A stretch of DNA of 64,000 nucleotides from positions 192,001 to 256,000 of the forward strand of contig CAVOID010000008.1 in the NCBI GenBank assembly GCA_963695875.1, written 5' to 3'. The stretch comes from an uncultured delta proteobacterium. GTDB lineage: Bacteria; Desulfobacterota; Syntrophia; Syntrophales; UBA2185. The notes below the pieces were generated by a model. The model was not told where the DNA came from, made no database searches, and worked only from the letters and a program-made list of their open reading frames with translations. Below are positions 63,417-64,000 of the stretch, piece after piece; the first letter of the stretch is position 1, and the number at the start of each line of letters is the position of its first letter. Position numbers and translations under genes: made by a program.

Positions 63417-63866
63417 TTAAAAAATCTTTCTGCTATCAAGCAACATGGTTACGGGGCCATCATTCACAGATTCTATATTCATCATAGCCTGGAATTCACC
63501 TGCTCCAACATGATTGATTTTCTCCTTCGCTCTGTTTATGAAATATTCGTAAAGTTTCTTCGCTTCTTCCGGTTGTTCAGCGGAAATAAAAGAAGGTCTT
63601 CGTCCCTTTCGACAATCACCAAGAAGGGTGAACTGGGAAACAACAAGCATCTCCCCAGATATATCAAGGATAGATAGGTTCATTTTTCCCTCGGCATCTT
63701 TAAATATTCTTAAATTGATTATTTTTTCAGTGAGGTAGTCTGCATCATTATGACTATCCGCTTTTTCTATACCGAGAAAGACAAGAACACCCTTTCCGAT
63801 ACTGGATATTATTCTGCTTCCAACACTTACCATTGCCCTGTCAACCCTTTGAACGACAGACCTCAT
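63417..63866 (-). CDS. dtd: D-aminoacyl-tRNA deacylase
   Basis: MRSVVQRV, LRIF, SQFTL, GRRPSF, NDGPVT. Confidence 0.96.
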   Translation of the reverse strand: MRSVVQRVDRAMVSVGSRIISSIGKGVLVFLGIEKADSHNDADYLTEKIINLRIFKDAEGKMNLSILDISGEMLVVSQFTLLGDCRKGRRPSFISAEQPEEAKKLYEYFINRAKEKINHVGAGEFQAMMNIESVNDGPVTMLLDSRKIF

Positions 63867-64000
63867 ATTGATCCTGTCCCCGCTCTTTTCGGCGGCATGT
63901 TAGCAATAATCAAATAATGCTTCAAGTCTTTTCTCAGATACGAATTGCCTCAAATTAAATGTTACCCAAGAGGTGTTTAAAAAAGGATCGTTGACTCATA

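Noticed and set aside
1..64000. CRISPR arrays, tRNA/rRNA genes, transposases, prophage or defence genes
   Set aside because: None recognised; nearly all of the window is accounted for by identifiable protein-coding genes

Overview
A 64-kb stretch of core chromosome from an anaerobic deltaproteobacterium. Gene content suggests Desulfobacterota, probably Syntrophales-like; this is inference. It carries housekeeping genes (uvrD-like helicase, aspS, hisS, recJ, rpmB, purM, recG, hom, dnaE, guaB, dtd), comEC, a PilS/PilR-like pair, a Re-citrate-synthase-like enzyme with a C-terminal Cache domain, two phosphofructokinases, iorAB, a near-complete type II secretion cluster and a seven-gene ABC-transporter/CoA-ligase operon. 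The main finding is an unannotated, well-formed phenylalanine-sensing transcription attenuator in front of that operon. It has a sigma70 promoter, a 27-codon leader peptide containing FFTFFAFF, and mutually exclusive antiterminator and terminator hairpins. This suggests Phe-starvation-induced uptake and activation of phenylacetate, feeding Phe synthesis through IorAB. A second attenuator-like leader precedes the Re-citrate-synthase-like gene. Short 7- and 8-bp periodic repeats mark gene starts in the T2SS cluster. About 14 single-base insertions between 27 and 59 kb split genes, including essential dnaE, and are most likely sequencing errors. No rRNA, tRNA, CRISPR array or transposase was recognised.
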